A DNA stretch of 64,000 bases from Spirochaetia bacterium (GTDB lineage Bacteria; Spirochaetota; Spirochaetia; SZUA-6; Bin103), in NCBI GenBank assembly GCA_965208575.1, contig CBDBOV010000004.1, positions 736,001 through 800,000 of the forward strand, given 5' to 3'. The stretch's first letter is position 1. Each line of letters opens with the position of its first letter. The position numbers were made by a program, and so were the translations under genes. Shown here piece after piece: positions 28,542-38,432 of this stretch. Below the pieces are notes generated by a model. It worked only from the letters and a program-made list of their open reading frames with translations, ran no database searches and was not told the DNA's origin.

Positions 28542-30075
28542 GGGTGCATTCCGTCAGTGTGGTAGCGGTCAGGCAGCCTCAAGCTGGATCTGGTTGGATT
28601 CTGGGGTGGGCGATGAGGGCAACAGGCTCTCGAAATCGTCCCAGAAGCGACGGCTCTTCGCCGAAGCGCGGAGCTGAAGCATCTCCTTGGCTCCGTCCAG
28701 CGACCAAGTCATCCCACTCTGCTTCATGCGCTTGGCGACGACGTTCTTGCAGGCTCCCTCGACTACACCGCTGCCGATCGGCAGACCGCACGATCGATAC
28801 AGCGGGTAGTCCATGCGGTGCTGGTTGGCCGTGAAGTAGTTGATCTCGCCCTGGAGGTCGTAGCACTGCTTCTCGCTGTAGCGGCCACTGACGTGCAGTT
28901 CCTGCAGTTCCTTGATTACGGCGGCGACGCAGCCCTTGCGCAGCAGGCTGCGCCAGCGCTTGAAGGATCTCTTGAACTGCTCGCTGCCCTCGCCGTACAA
29001 CACCTTGCCGATCTTCCCCAAGTGGTCGCAGGCATGCCAGAAATCGAGGATGTGCCAGACCTTCTGCCCGGGTTCGGACAGCTGGGAGACCCGGTCCCAT
29101 ATCCAATGCGCTCCATCGCCCAGAATCACCAGCACCAGCGCTGCCAGGTGAGCGCTGCGCCGGCTCATTTCCACCTCGATCCGGGGAAAGAACTCATCAG
29201 CATGCTCGATCCCGGTGACACAGGAGGTCTTGGTGCAGTGCGCTGCACCCTCCCGGTCCACCTTCACCGCTGATACCGTCGCTACCTTGGAGTCCCGAAA
29301 CACGCGATCGTAACTCTTTTTCCCATCTTCAGTTACCCGCTCGTTCGCGCGTGTCGCCACCTTCCCCGCGTCGATGCCCACGACCATCGTCCCGGTGATC
29401 TCTTCGCGCACCGCCACCGGCTCGTCGGCACGCTCGACAATCTCCCGCTGGCGTTGCTCCGCCAACCCGTCAGTAACCGCCCGCACCATCTCGAACGCCT
29501 TGTTCATCGACACCAGCTCCCGCCCGTCAGGCCGCAACACCTCGTGGAATTGCGCCAGACCCTGCTCGTAGGACTGCTCGGCGCACCACCGCGCCATGAA
29601 GTACTGGCACCCAGGCGTGTACCCGCCCGCGATACCCAGTTGCTCTGTCAGCGGCACCCACCCCTTGCCACCGCCACCGAGCGGCGCGTAGTAGGCGCGC
29701 ACCAAGGTGATCACGCCGAACAGCCCATGCAGCGTCTTCCGCCGTCTCCCGACAAAGCGGTACCGAACCTCGCCGCGGGTTGCGCGCGCACCGACATACC
29801 CATCACCGACTTGCTCACACCAGCGTTGCATCGCTGCACGTCCCGCAGCCACCAGGCACTTCAGCATACCGAGCTCCGCGGCGAGCAGATCCCGTGGTCC
29901 GCTGCACGGGTTCAGGTCAATCCCGCACCGGGTCTTGCAAAACCGGAGCAACTCCGTTACCAAGGTCTCACTCATTTTGGTCCCCTCCCAGAGACAGGTC
30001 GATGTTTACCACATCACCGAATCTCTGGTCTCTGGGAGGGTTCCTATTCCGCTACCACAGAGAAAGAATGCACCC
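28542..30075 (-). mobile_element. Complete ISKra4-like insertion sequence, 1534 bp
   Basis: 27-bp terminal IRs (28542-28568 and 30049-30075, 23/27 match, GGGTGCATTC...TGTGGTAGCGG); 8-bp target duplication CAATCCGA at 28534-28541 and 30076-30083. Confidence 0.93.
28569..29975 (-). CDS. ISKra4-family DDE transposase
   Basis: LGDGAHWIW, LDFWHA, YF-N-RMDY, GLPIGSGVVEGACK and RMKQSGM-W. Confidence 0.9.
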   Translation of the reverse strand: MSETLVTELLRFCKTRCGIDLNPCSGPRDLLAAELGMLKCLVAAGRAAMQRWCEQVGDGYVGARATRGEVRYRFVGRRRKTLHGLFGVITLVRAYYAPLGGGGKGWVPLTEQLGIAGGYTPGCQYFMARWCAEQSYEQGLAQFHEVLRPDGRELVSMNKAFEMVRAVTDGLAEQRQREIVERADEPVAVREEITGTMVVGIDAGKVATRANERVTEDGKKSYDRVFRDSKVATVSAVKVDREGAAHCTKTSCVTGIEHADEFFPRIEVEMSRRSAHLAALVLVILGDGAHWIWDRVSQLSEPGQKVWHILDFWHACDHLGKIGKVLYGEGSEQFKRSFKRWRSLLRKGCVAAVIKELQELHVSGRYSEKQCYDLQGEINYFTANQHRMDYPLYRSCGLPIGSGVVEGACKNVVAKRMKQSGMTWSLDGAKEMLQLRASAKSRRFWDDFESLLPSSPTPESNQIQLEAA

Positions 30076-30333
30076 CAATCCGAGGCAATTGCGCTGTAGC
30101 GGTTTGTGGGCCGTGGAGCGGCCGGTCATGCCAGACAGCCCGCGTCCCGGGACGTTGACGGCGTCGCTCACGCCCGCCCGGCGCGAATGACGGCTATATC
30201 GAGTGTGCTGAGTGGGGTCCGCGAGGTGGAATCAAGCCTCATCCGCGGCTCGATGCACAGATCGGGACAGACCGGTCTCGCGGAGGAGCCGGTGGGATTG
30301 GGTTTCTCTCGGTGATCGGCGAGTGGCCGCCGG

Positions 30334-31125
30334 TCAGGCGGGTTTGACCAGACTCCGCAGGTTCTCGGGTTGGCCGGCGCGGATGCGCCCCACGGCCATC
30401 GCCAGCATGATCGTCAGCGCCATGGTGATGCGCAGCTGCATCTTCGCCAGCCCGCGGATGCCGGGTCGCTCGAATCCGAAGCCGCCGGCCAACCGGCTGT
30501 TTGACCCGCTCCACGGCACCGCGCTGGTCGTAGAAGTCCTGCCACCGGTAGCTGGACCGCGCCACCGGCGTGAACACGCGCCGATCCTCGGCCAGCGGGA
30601 TGCGCACCGCGTCGCTCACCGGGCACCGATCCATGCCCTTGCAGGTGACCCCCGAGTAGCGCGCCGGACAGCGATACTTGAGCGACTCGCGAGCCTGCTC
30701 GAAGCCGCCGTAGGCCATGCGGTGCAGCTCACCGGTCCGCGGGCACATGCAGGATACCTGGCCGTCGTGGGTATAGATCACGTTCTCCTGACCGCTCACC
30801 CGCTTGGTGAGGACGCCATCCTGTTCCGCCTCTCCGTCCTTCCAGCAGTTTCGAATGTCGATGACCGGCTTGATCTGATGCTGTTGCCACAGCCGATTGA
30901 TCAGCTTTTGGTCGTCGTAGCCCTTGTCGGCGCTCAGGCGATCGCACCGTTGCAGCAGCTCGGGATGACGATCCTGCATCTGATCAAGCAGTCGCTGTGC
31001 CTGCGGCTGCTCACCGGTCGACGCCTTGGTGACCTCGAACGCCAGCGGCACCTCGTAGGTGGCGTCCACGACCAAGTGCAACAGGTAGCCGAACCAGTAG
31101 TGTTTCTTCTTGCCTTTCTTCTCGC
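30334..31125 (-). pseudogene. IS4/IS1182-like transposase remnant, 5'-truncated and frameshifted
   Basis: WFGYLLHLVVDATYEVP, ADKGYD and KYRCP; an extra base near 30501 breaks ERV(N)SRL-GFGFE; N-terminus replaced by permease sequence. Confidence 0.8.
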
Positions 31126-31192
31126 CCTTCGCGGCCGCCCGAACGCCAAGCGCCCCGCTGGCCACCTTCGCCCCCCCCTCGCCCGCTGCGCC

Positions 31193-31347
31193 CGCCATCT
31201 GGACGCAGCCCCTCGCCACCGTCGTGTACGGCACCAACATGTTCGGCGACGCCGCCCGCGACATCCTCGACCCCAAGCTGCGCGGCGGCGTCGAGCCGTT
31301 TCGGCGTCAAGACCGCCAAGGCCGCCCGCCGCATCAAGTCCAAACGC
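31193..31347 (+). pseudogene. Detached, degenerate 3' end of permease C
   Basis: Matches ~27512-27650 and ~32447-32585; has a small internal deletion, a frameshift and TGA changed to CGA. Confidence 0.85.
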
Positions 31348-31348
31348 C

Positions 31349-31652
31349 GACGGCGTGGGCGAAGGGGCTGGCCGAGGCCCTGGTGGTGAGCCGGCACGCC
31401 CTCAAGAACGCGTTCATCCCCGTGGTCACCATCGTCGGCCTGCAGATACCGATCCTGATCGGCGGCACGGTGATCATCGAGCAGATCTTCATGCTGCCCG
31501 GCATGGGGCGGCTGATCGTGGAGTCGCTGCTGGTGCGCGACTACCCGGTGGTAATGGGCATCATGCTGTTCTTCAGCATCGGCCTGATGCTGACCAATTT
31601 GGTGGTGGATCTCACCTACGGCTTCCTGGACCCGAGGATCCGCTCGTCATGA
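31349..31652 (+). pseudogene. 3' fragment of permease B
   Basis: Identical by eye to 26414-26717. Confidence 0.88.
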
Positions 31653-32587
31653 GTAGTGTCGGGATGCCGGAGAGCGTGCGCCGGTCGGCCGTGGTCACTT
31701 TCTTCCGGCGCATCGTCAAGGAGAAGCCGCTCGGCACCGTGGGTGCCGTGATCACCGCGCTGCTCCTGCTGGTGGGGATTTTCGCCGACCTGCTGGCGCC
31801 GTACGGGATGAACGAAACCAACATGGAGCAGCCGTTGGCCTCCCCCTCCGACAGCAACTGGCTGGGCACCGACGACCTGGGCCGCGACGTGTTGACGCGG
31901 GTCATCTACGGCGCGCGGGTGTCGGTGATCGTGGGCCTGGCGGGCGCCACTCTCGCCACGCTGATCTCTCTCCTGATCGGCCTCATTTCGGGTTACCTGG
32001 GCGGCACCTTCGACCTGCTGACCCAGCGGCTCGTCGATGCCTGGATGTCGCTGCCGGACCTGATCGTGCTCATGGTGATCATTGCATTCCTCGGCGGCGG
32101 CATGGTGCCGATCATCGTGGTGCTCGGCGTGGCGGGGGGCATCACCGGCTCGCGCATCATCCGCGGCGCGGTGATCAGCACCAAGGAAGACGCCTACGTG
32201 ATGGCGGCGGCGGCGATCGGCGGGCGCACCACGCGCGTCCTGCTGCGCCACATCCTGCCCAACGTGCTCGCGCCCGCGGTGATCCTGCTCACGCTGCGCA
32301 TTCCGGCGATCATCCTTTCCGAGGCGAGCCTCAGCTTCCTCGGCTTCGGCATCCAGCCGCCGTTTCCCAGTTGGGGCGCCATGCTCAGCGGACGCAGCCG
32401 CGAGTTCATGTTCGTGGCGCCGTGGACCGTGCTGTGGCCGGGCCTCGCCCTCGCCACCGTCGTGTACGGCACCAACATGTTCGGCGACGCCGCCCGCGAC
32501 ATCCTCGACCCCAAGCTGCGCGGCGGCGTCGGCCGCTTCGGCGTCAAGACCGCCAAGGCCGCGAAGCGCATCAAGTCCAAACGCTGA
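31649..32587 (+). CDS. Opp/Dpp-type ABC permease (C subunit), copy 2
   Basis: Same protein as copy 1 except the C-terminal tail (GVKTAKAAKRIKSKR versus SAKVVRTARRTKSKR). Confidence 0.9.
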   Translation: MSSVGMPESVRRSAVVTFFRRIVKEKPLGTVGAVITALLLLVGIFADLLAPYGMNETNMEQPLASPSDSNWLGTDDLGRDVLTRVIYGARVSVIVGLAGATLATLISLLIGLISGYLGGTFDLLTQRLVDAWMSLPDLIVLMVIIAFLGGGMVPIIVVLGVAGGITGSRIIRGAVISTKEDAYVMAAAAIGGRTTRVLLRHILPNVLAPAVILLTLRIPAIILSEASLSFLGFGIQPPFPSWGAMLSGRSREFMFVAPWTVLWPGLALATVVYGTNMFGDAARDILDPKLRGGVGRFGVKTAKAAKRIKSKR

Positions 32588-32699
32588 CCCATGCGCTGTA
32601 TTGGCGTGTTCTTGGGTAAACCCGGTACCCCTGACCCACTACCCAGGCGGCTCAGTTCGATCGCTTGGTCATTGCTGGCAATAGTGCTACCATCGCTCC

Positions 32700-32936
32700 G
32701 TGGACAAGGAGTTGGAACGGATCAGGCGGAGCCCCTCGAATGTCCGGTTCCACGACCTTCGGAAAGTCTGCGAACGCTACTTCGGGGAGCCGCGGCGGCA
32801 CGGTAGCCACCTGATCTACCATACGCCGTGGCCGGGAGAGCCGATGGTCAACATCCAGCCACGCAAGGGTATGGCCAAGCCCTATCAGATCCGCCAAGTG
32901 CTCAAGGCTATCGACAAGCTGGAGGAGGTACAGTGA
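32700..32936 (+). CDS. hicA: HicA-family toxin
   Basis: P-NVRF-DL-KVC-YFGEPR-GSH-Y-TPW...NIQ-G-AK-YQ-RQV. Confidence 0.85.
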   Translation: MDKELERIRRSPSNVRFHDLRKVCERYFGEPRRHGSHLIYHTPWPGEPMVNIQPRKGMAKPYQIRQVLKAIDKLEEVQ

Positions 32937-33262
32937 TGGATCGCTACACCTATCGCGTTATGTGGTCCGAGGAGGACGAGGAATACGTTGGGCTGTGCGC
33001 TGAGTTCGCGTTGCTCAGCCATCTGGCCGAGACTCCGGAGAAGGCTTTTGCCGGTATCCGCGACCTGGTGGCCTTCTGCGTGGATGACTTGCGCAACAGG
33101 GGCGCTCCGGTCCCCGAGCCGCTGTCCACTCGGCGCTACAGCGGCACGCTCACTGTTCGTATTCCGCCAGAGTCCCACCGAGCTCTTGCCCTGGACGCCG
33201 CGGAAGCCGGCGTCAGCATGAATCGCTTGGCTGCTGAGCGACTGTCCTTGCGCCAGCGGTAG
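32936..33262 (+). CDS. hicB: HicB-family antitoxin
   Basis: YTYRV-WSEED-EYVG-CAEF-LS, PEPL-YSG-VRIPPE-HR-LA-AAE-GVS-N. Confidence 0.88.
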   Translation: MDRYTYRVMWSEEDEEYVGLCAEFALLSHLAETPEKAFAGIRDLVAFCVDDLRNRGAPVPEPLSTRRYSGTLTVRIPPESHRALALDAAEAGVSMNRLAAERLSLRQR

Positions 33263-33421
33263 AAGTGGCACGTCTCAGTTGGCGTGGGATTCGTCAGTAC
33301 CCGCGCGCGAGCAGCGGCGGCGCAACTACCTCCCGCGCGTTTGACAGCACTCGCAGGCAGTTGTGGCCGGGCCTCGCCCTCGCCACAGTCTCTCCGCAGT
33401 CCTCGTCGTGGTGCGCGTCGC

Positions 33422-35371
33422 CTACGGACTCGTCAGGATGGTGCCCGCTGTCCCGACGGCGACGAACCTGGTGCCCGTCCACGTGACGCCACGGAGCCTG
33501 GGGGACATAGGAACCTCACTTGGCTCCATCCACGCGTCACCGTCGCTGCTATGCACGATGGTCCCACGATCTCCCACGGCAACGAAACGCGTGCCGCCCC
33601 AGGCAACGTCATGCAGCCAATCCCGGCCGGATAAGACGCTCGCCACCTTCCACGTGTCGCCATCGCCGCTGTGCACGATCGTCCCGTCGTTGCCGACCGC
33701 TACGAACCGAGTCCCGCTCCAGGCGACGCCTTCGAGGCCGCGCGTCGTAGCGCTGTCACTGGCGATTGTCCACGTATCGCCGTCGCCACTGTGCACGATC
33801 GCCCCCTCTTCGCCCACAGCTACGTACCGCGAGCCGTTCCAGGCGACTGCGTGGAGATTCTGCGCCGGAGCGCCGCCACTCGCAACCGTCCACGTATCGC
33901 CGTCGCCGCTGTGCATGATCCGCCCCCGGTCGCCCACCACCACGAACCGAGAGTCGCCCCACACTATTCCATGCAGTCTATCGCGTTGTTCGCCAAGAAG
34001 CGCGGGGTTGTTTTCGGCAGCCGTCCAGGTGTCCCCGTCGCTGCCGTGCAGAATCGTTCCCGACGATCCGACCACTACGAACCGCGTGTCGTTCCGGGCA
34101 ATGTCGCGAAGCCACCACCCCGTACCGGTATCACCGGCGCCTATCCACGTCGTGCCGTCACTGCTGCGCACAATCGTTCCGGCCCCTCCGACTGCGACGA
34201 AGCGTGCGTCATCGCTCCAAACGTCGTAGAGATCATCCCGGTTGGCAACGGAAGCCGGTTCGTCCCAAAGCGCCCCGTCCGCGCTCGTCAGGATCATTCC
34301 GTTCCGGCCGACGGCTACGAAACGCGACCCACTCCACGCTACTCCATATGGCCACGACGCCTTAGCCGTGACGCTGACGGTCGCTTCCGTCCATGTGGCG
34401 CCGTCGCTGCTGTGCACGATCAAGGGCCGCCAAGTTGTTGCGTTCCGCCGAACGTCCTTCCTAACTCCGACGGCGACGAATCGCGACCCGCTCCACGCCA
34501 CTCCCTCCAGCCACGACTCGGCTGCCGTGACGCTGACGGTCGCTTCCGTCCATGTGGCGCCGTCGCTGCTGTGCACGATCAGGGCCGCTCCGTCTTTCCA
34601 ACCGACGGCGACGAAACGCGACCCGTCCCACGCTATTCCATTCAGATCCGCTGACCCCGCCGTGACGCTGGCGGTCGCTTCCGTCCATGTGGCGCCGTCG
34701 CTGCTGTGCACGATCAGGGACTGCGTGGACGTTCCGTCCGACCACCAGCCGACGGCAACGAAACGCGACCCGCTCCATGCCACTCCTTCCAGTCCTTCCA
34801 GCCTCGCTTCGGCTGCCGTGACGCTAACGCTTGCATCCGTCCACGTGTCGCCATCGCCGCTGTGCACGATCGTCCCGTCGTTGCCGACCGCTACGAACCG
34901 AGCCCCGCTCCAGGCGACTCCTTTGAGGCCGAGCGTCGTAGCGCTGTCACTGGCGATTGTCCACGTATCGCCATCGCCACTGTGCACGATCGTCCCCTCG
35001 TCGCCCACAGCTACGTACCGCGAGCCGTTCCAGCCGACTGCGTGGAGATGCTGCGACGGAGCGCCGCCACTCGCAGCCGTCCACATGTCGCCGTCGCCGC
35101 TGTGCACGATGCTTCCGTCCTGGCCGACGGCAACGAACCGCGTCCCTCCCCAGACGATGTCGCGATGACTTCTGTTCCATTCGCCGTTCGGAGATTGAAC
35201 GCCCCCGCCTTGCCGCACCAGTGTCCACTGCAGTCCCGGTTCTGGCAGGGGCGTCGGGTTCGCTCCCGGCTCGGTGGCTGGCACCGCCGCCCTGCAGGCA
35301 ACCAGACCGACACCCATGGCTGCCAAGACCACCAAAGCCAGCGTCCGTCGGCATGCTCCCATAATCGTCAT
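33422..35371 (-). CDS. Lipoprotein made of about thirteen ~42-aa beta-propeller repeats
   Basis: Lipobox LVAC after a hydrophobic stretch; repeated L-GVAW-G-RFVAVG-G-IVHS-DG-TW. Confidence 0.85.
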   Translation of the reverse strand: MTIMGACRRTLALVVLAAMGVGLVACRAAVPATEPGANPTPLPEPGLQWTLVRQGGGVQSPNGEWNRSHRDIVWGGTRFVAVGQDGSIVHSGDGDMWTAASGGAPSQHLHAVGWNGSRYVAVGDEGTIVHSGDGDTWTIASDSATTLGLKGVAWSGARFVAVGNDGTIVHSGDGDTWTDASVSVTAAEARLEGLEGVAWSGSRFVAVGWWSDGTSTQSLIVHSSDGATWTEATASVTAGSADLNGIAWDGSRFVAVGWKDGAALIVHSSDGATWTEATVSVTAAESWLEGVAWSGSRFVAVGVRKDVRRNATTWRPLIVHSSDGATWTEATVSVTAKASWPYGVAWSGSRFVAVGRNGMILTSADGALWDEPASVANRDDLYDVWSDDARFVAVGGAGTIVRSSDGTTWIGAGDTGTGWWLRDIARNDTRFVVVGSSGTILHGSDGDTWTAAENNPALLGEQRDRLHGIVWGDSRFVVVGDRGRIMHSGDGDTWTVASGGAPAQNLHAVAWNGSRYVAVGEEGAIVHSGDGDTWTIASDSATTRGLEGVAWSGTRFVAVGNDGTIVHSGDGDTWKVASVLSGRDWLHDVAWGGTRFVAVGDRGTIVHSSDGDAWMEPSEVPMSPRLRGVTWTGTRFVAVGTAGTILTSP

Positions 35372-35667
35372 ACTAATCGCCCCGAAGTAATCGTATCGGA
35401 CGTCATCGAGCTGACTCACGGTCGTGCCGCCTGAATCGTCAGTATGAGACTCACGCCGAATCCTTATCTTCATCTTCATATTGTCTCCTTGTTCTTGCCC
35501 TCCATGGCATGACCAATTGAACACAACGCAACGGCGTTGCTGCCAGACCCTGACCCGGCTCTGCATCGCGCAGACGCCCTTACACTATGTTCGCTCACGT
35601 CGAACTCCTTTGGGTGCCAAACACCAAAGATCCACCGCTCCCCGTGGCTTCCCTTTCGAAATGTGAC

Positions 35668-36597
35668 TCACTCGGTCTTTCTCAGGAAGAAGAACCTTCC
35701 GTAGTGACCATATCTGTGTCGAGTCACCCACATGTCCGTAGTTCTGTCGTACTTCAGCTCATGATAATAGTAGGAGAACGCTACCTGGTTCTCGATGCCG
35801 GTAGGAGCATATGCTACGCGAAGCTCACGACCAACCCACATTTTACTGAGTTCGTCAGTGGTAACACCGTCTTGAGTACCGCTGGTCACCGTGAAGTAGA
35901 AAAAGTTCTCGTCAGGAACGTGCCGAATGCTTCCCGTCAGTATCCAGACTTCGCTCGTCGCTCCAATCTCGACGTAGCGTTCCGTGAACGTATTGTCGTC
36001 AATCGTGAACGTGTAGACACCGGTCGACTGTCCTTCTTCTCGATCGATGGGGTGCTCAAATACCCAGGTTCCGACAATGGATCCCGGAATGGGATCTCTG
36101 ACTCTCGTGTAACGCCAGAAACGAGTTTCGGCATCCTCCGTTGGCCACTGGTGAATGAATACCACGTCCTCACCTGCCCAGACGTATTGCTTGTCGACAC
36201 TTCTCTCAACAAGCTCATCGTCATGGTAATCCATCCACTTCCGAGTTATGGTGCTACCGTCAACTACCCAGGTGCCGCTGGCAGCCGACTGATAATCGAA
36301 TGTACCGTCATCGAGCAACCCGAGCTCGTGCTCGATCCATCGACTCTTGGTAAACGTCACTGTGTATTTGATGGTGCCAACGTGCTCGTCATTCTTGTAG
36401 TAACCTCCCGTCGTCGTCCAGGTCCCCAACAGCGTAGGCTCGACCTTCTCTACCTGTTCTTCCGGCTCCGTCGTAGTCTTCGGAGTCGCCGCCGTGCAAC
36501 TATTGCCAAGGATCGTCACGAACACGACCAGTAATACCATCAGTCCGAACCGCAATACCGTGCGGCCTGCGGAATCCTCCGTACTATTCCCGCTCAT
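35668..36597 (-). CDS. Lower-GC putative lipoprotein with two 'L/IxGTW' beta-barrel-like domains
   Basis: Hydrophobic leader ending LGNSC; LLGTW and IVGTW; YAPTG shared with the neighbouring gene. Confidence 0.7.
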   Translation of the reverse strand: MSGNSTEDSAGRTVLRFGLMVLLVVFVTILGNSCTAATPKTTTEPEEQVEKVEPTLLGTWTTTGGYYKNDEHVGTIKYTVTFTKSRWIEHELGLLDDGTFDYQSAASGTWVVDGSTITRKWMDYHDDELVERSVDKQYVWAGEDVVFIHQWPTEDAETRFWRYTRVRDPIPGSIVGTWVFEHPIDREEGQSTGVYTFTIDDNTFTERYVEIGATSEVWILTGSIRHVPDENFFYFTVTSGTQDGVTTDELSKMWVGRELRVAYAPTGIENQVAFSYYYHELKYDRTTDMWVTRHRYGHYGRFFFLRKTE

Positions 36598-36695
36598 CTT
36601 TGGTGAATACCCTTTCGTAATACCCATAGGGACGAAACCTATTACCGTAGGCCTCGTGCAACCGCATGTTGGTGGGAGGCTCACGTCCTTTGCCA

Positions 36696-37550
36696 TCACT
36701 CTCCCTGCTTTGCGAGGATATGCGAGTACTGCCCGAACGCCGGCATCGGCAAGTCCGGCTGCCCAGGTTCATGTGCCCACCACGAGATGAGGATACGACC
36801 GTCGCCGGTCGGCGCGTAGGCCCATCGCCACGGTCCCTCACGTGGCGGCGCGTCTTCGCCGCGGTTCGTGGCCGACAGGTCGCTCGCGTGGATGTAGTAC
36901 AGATCCGCGTGATGTTCGTAATTCCCAACCAGGATGTAATCCCAGCGGCCAGGCGAGACCGAGTGGTAACGGAATGTCCCGTCGGCTCTCAGCGTGAACG
37001 TCCAGCGTAGCGTGTCCTCATCGTCTCGCGGCACGCGCTCCCACGTGCCGACGATGTCCGGCGCCGCGTCCTCGACTCGCTGGTAGATCGTCAGATCCTC
37101 GGCGTCATCGTCCCAGAACTCCAGGATCAAGCGGCCGTCCTCGGCAAATAGGTAGCTCTTCTCCGTCGTTACGATCGCTTCCTCTTTACGTTCGCGCTTC
37201 GTGATCGTTTCGTCGTCGGCACTCCAACCGCCTGAGCTGGAACCCCAGGGCTCCAACACGGTAGTACCGTCGAAGGCGAAGTGCTCACGGAACCCGACCC
37301 ACCGTTCGCCGGTAAACGTCAGCGTCTCGTGAATGAATCCTGTCTTATCCCATGAGCCGTCCTCGTTTTGCTCCCAGAAGTCGATGTCGGTGGTCTTCCA
37401 CGTCCCGATGAGCCTCTGCTTCGGCGTGAGTGGCGGCGGTTCTGGTTCCGGCTCGGGCTCCGCCGTCTTCGGCGTAGCGCCCGAGCACGCCGCGATCAGC
37501 ACCGGCATGACCAACAGGAGCGGAAGGACGGCTCTCCAAGTTTGCTTCAT
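36696..37550 (-). CDS. Lipoprotein, distant paralog of 35668-36597
   Basis: AAGGAG RBS, lipobox IAAC, ATPKT-EPE, LIGTW, IVGTW and YAPTG. Confidence 0.8.
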   Translation of the reverse strand: MKQTWRAVLPLLLVMPVLIAACSGATPKTAEPEPEPEPPPLTPKQRLIGTWKTTDIDFWEQNEDGSWDKTGFIHETLTFTGERWVGFREHFAFDGTTVLEPWGSSSGGWSADDETITKRERKEEAIVTTEKSYLFAEDGRLILEFWDDDAEDLTIYQRVEDAAPDIVGTWERVPRDDEDTLRWTFTLRADGTFRYHSVSPGRWDYILVGNYEHHADLYYIHASDLSATNRGEDAPPREGPWRWAYAPTGDGRILISWWAHEPGQPDLPMPAFGQYSHILAKQGE

Positions 37551-37670
37551 AGTGTAACTCCTTGCTTACCCCGGCCCGATTTTTGACCCGCGGCTATCGT
37601 CACTTGACGGCGCTGCTGCAACCGATGAGCAACGCCAACAACCCAATCGTGTCTTCCTACTTGGCATTGA

Positions 37671-37723
37671 ACTATTCCACGCCAGTCCGTGCGGCCGCGC
37701 CCCCAAAATTGGGGGTTTTTCGG
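37671..37723 (-). promoter_or_regulatory. Palindromic box CCCCCAAAATTGGGGG plus conserved GGCGTGGAATAGT element upstream of the lipoprotein gene
   Basis: Conserved with 38304-38355; box alone again at 39133-39148. Confidence 0.7.
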
Positions 37724-37799
37724 CCATCCGAAGTTGTCGAGAGCCAATCGATGAGGGCGACGGTGGTCTGCCCGTACCGAATGGGACCCTGAGCGGGGC

Positions 37800-38090
37800 G
37801 TCAGCACACGAAACGGACCCTTCGCACCAAGCCCGCCTGCAGCGTGATGCCGAGCCCCGCGTAAATCTGCTTGACCAGTGAAGCCCGGCGATATGTTCTA
37901 TCGTGCCCGCGCGTCGTGCGGGGAGTCCGACGCTACGGGCTCCGCTTCGGGACGTGGTGCGCCGACAGGACCAAGCGTACCAAGTCCGCCTGTCGCGAGA
38001 TGGTGGCGGCGGCGCTGGCGGAAGGCAACACGGTGGGTGAGATCGCGACGGCGACGTTCCGCGCGGAGAGTTCCGTTCGGTGGCATCAAT
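37800..38090. pseudogene. Broken LuxR-type HTH, split into two oppositely oriented pieces
   Basis: Plus strand ~38000-38087 VAAALAEGNTVGEIATATFRAESSVRWH; minus strand 37877-37801 LVKQIYAGLGITLQAGLVRRVRFVC*. Confidence 0.75.
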
Positions 38091-38128
38091 CTCGCGGTGC
38101 CAAATCCCCGTATGTTGCCACACGCCGC

Positions 38129-38257
38129 TCAGCCCAGGACCGGTTGGCGGAGGTGTCCGGTGCGGTCCGGTTCGCGATCGCGGTGTACGACCCTCTCGCA
38201 GCCGGTGACGGCAAGTACCAGCAGACCCATCAGGACCGCTCTGAATAATAACCTCGC
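38129..38257 (-). pseudogene. Truncated lipoprotein relic with dead start codon
   Basis: AGGAGG RBS, then GCG where the start codon is expected, then RLLFRAVLMGLLVLAVTGC (lipobox) and an early stop. Confidence 0.6.
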
Positions 38258-38303
38258 GGTGTCCTCCTACGCGGGCTCGTCCGGCCCGATCGACTTCGAT
38301 TTC

Positions 38304-38355
38304 ACTATTCCACGCCGATCCGCGACCTGCACCCCCAAAACTGGGGGTTTTTCGG
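38304..38355 (-). promoter_or_regulatory. Second copy of the CCCCCAAAACTGGGGG box plus GGCGTGGAATAGT element
   Basis: Aligns with 37671-37723 at nearly the same spacing (28 versus 29 bp). Confidence 0.7.
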
Positions 38356-38432
38356 GTGTTCGTGGCTGTGGAGCACGGGGCGGTGGGGCGACGGTGCTCG
38401 GATGCGCCGATGCGGACGGTTCTGACGGGATT

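Noticed and set aside
30212-32587. 791-aa ORF as a novel fusion protein
   Set aside because: It is an antisense read-through of the transposase remnant running into permease C; the true start is 31649.
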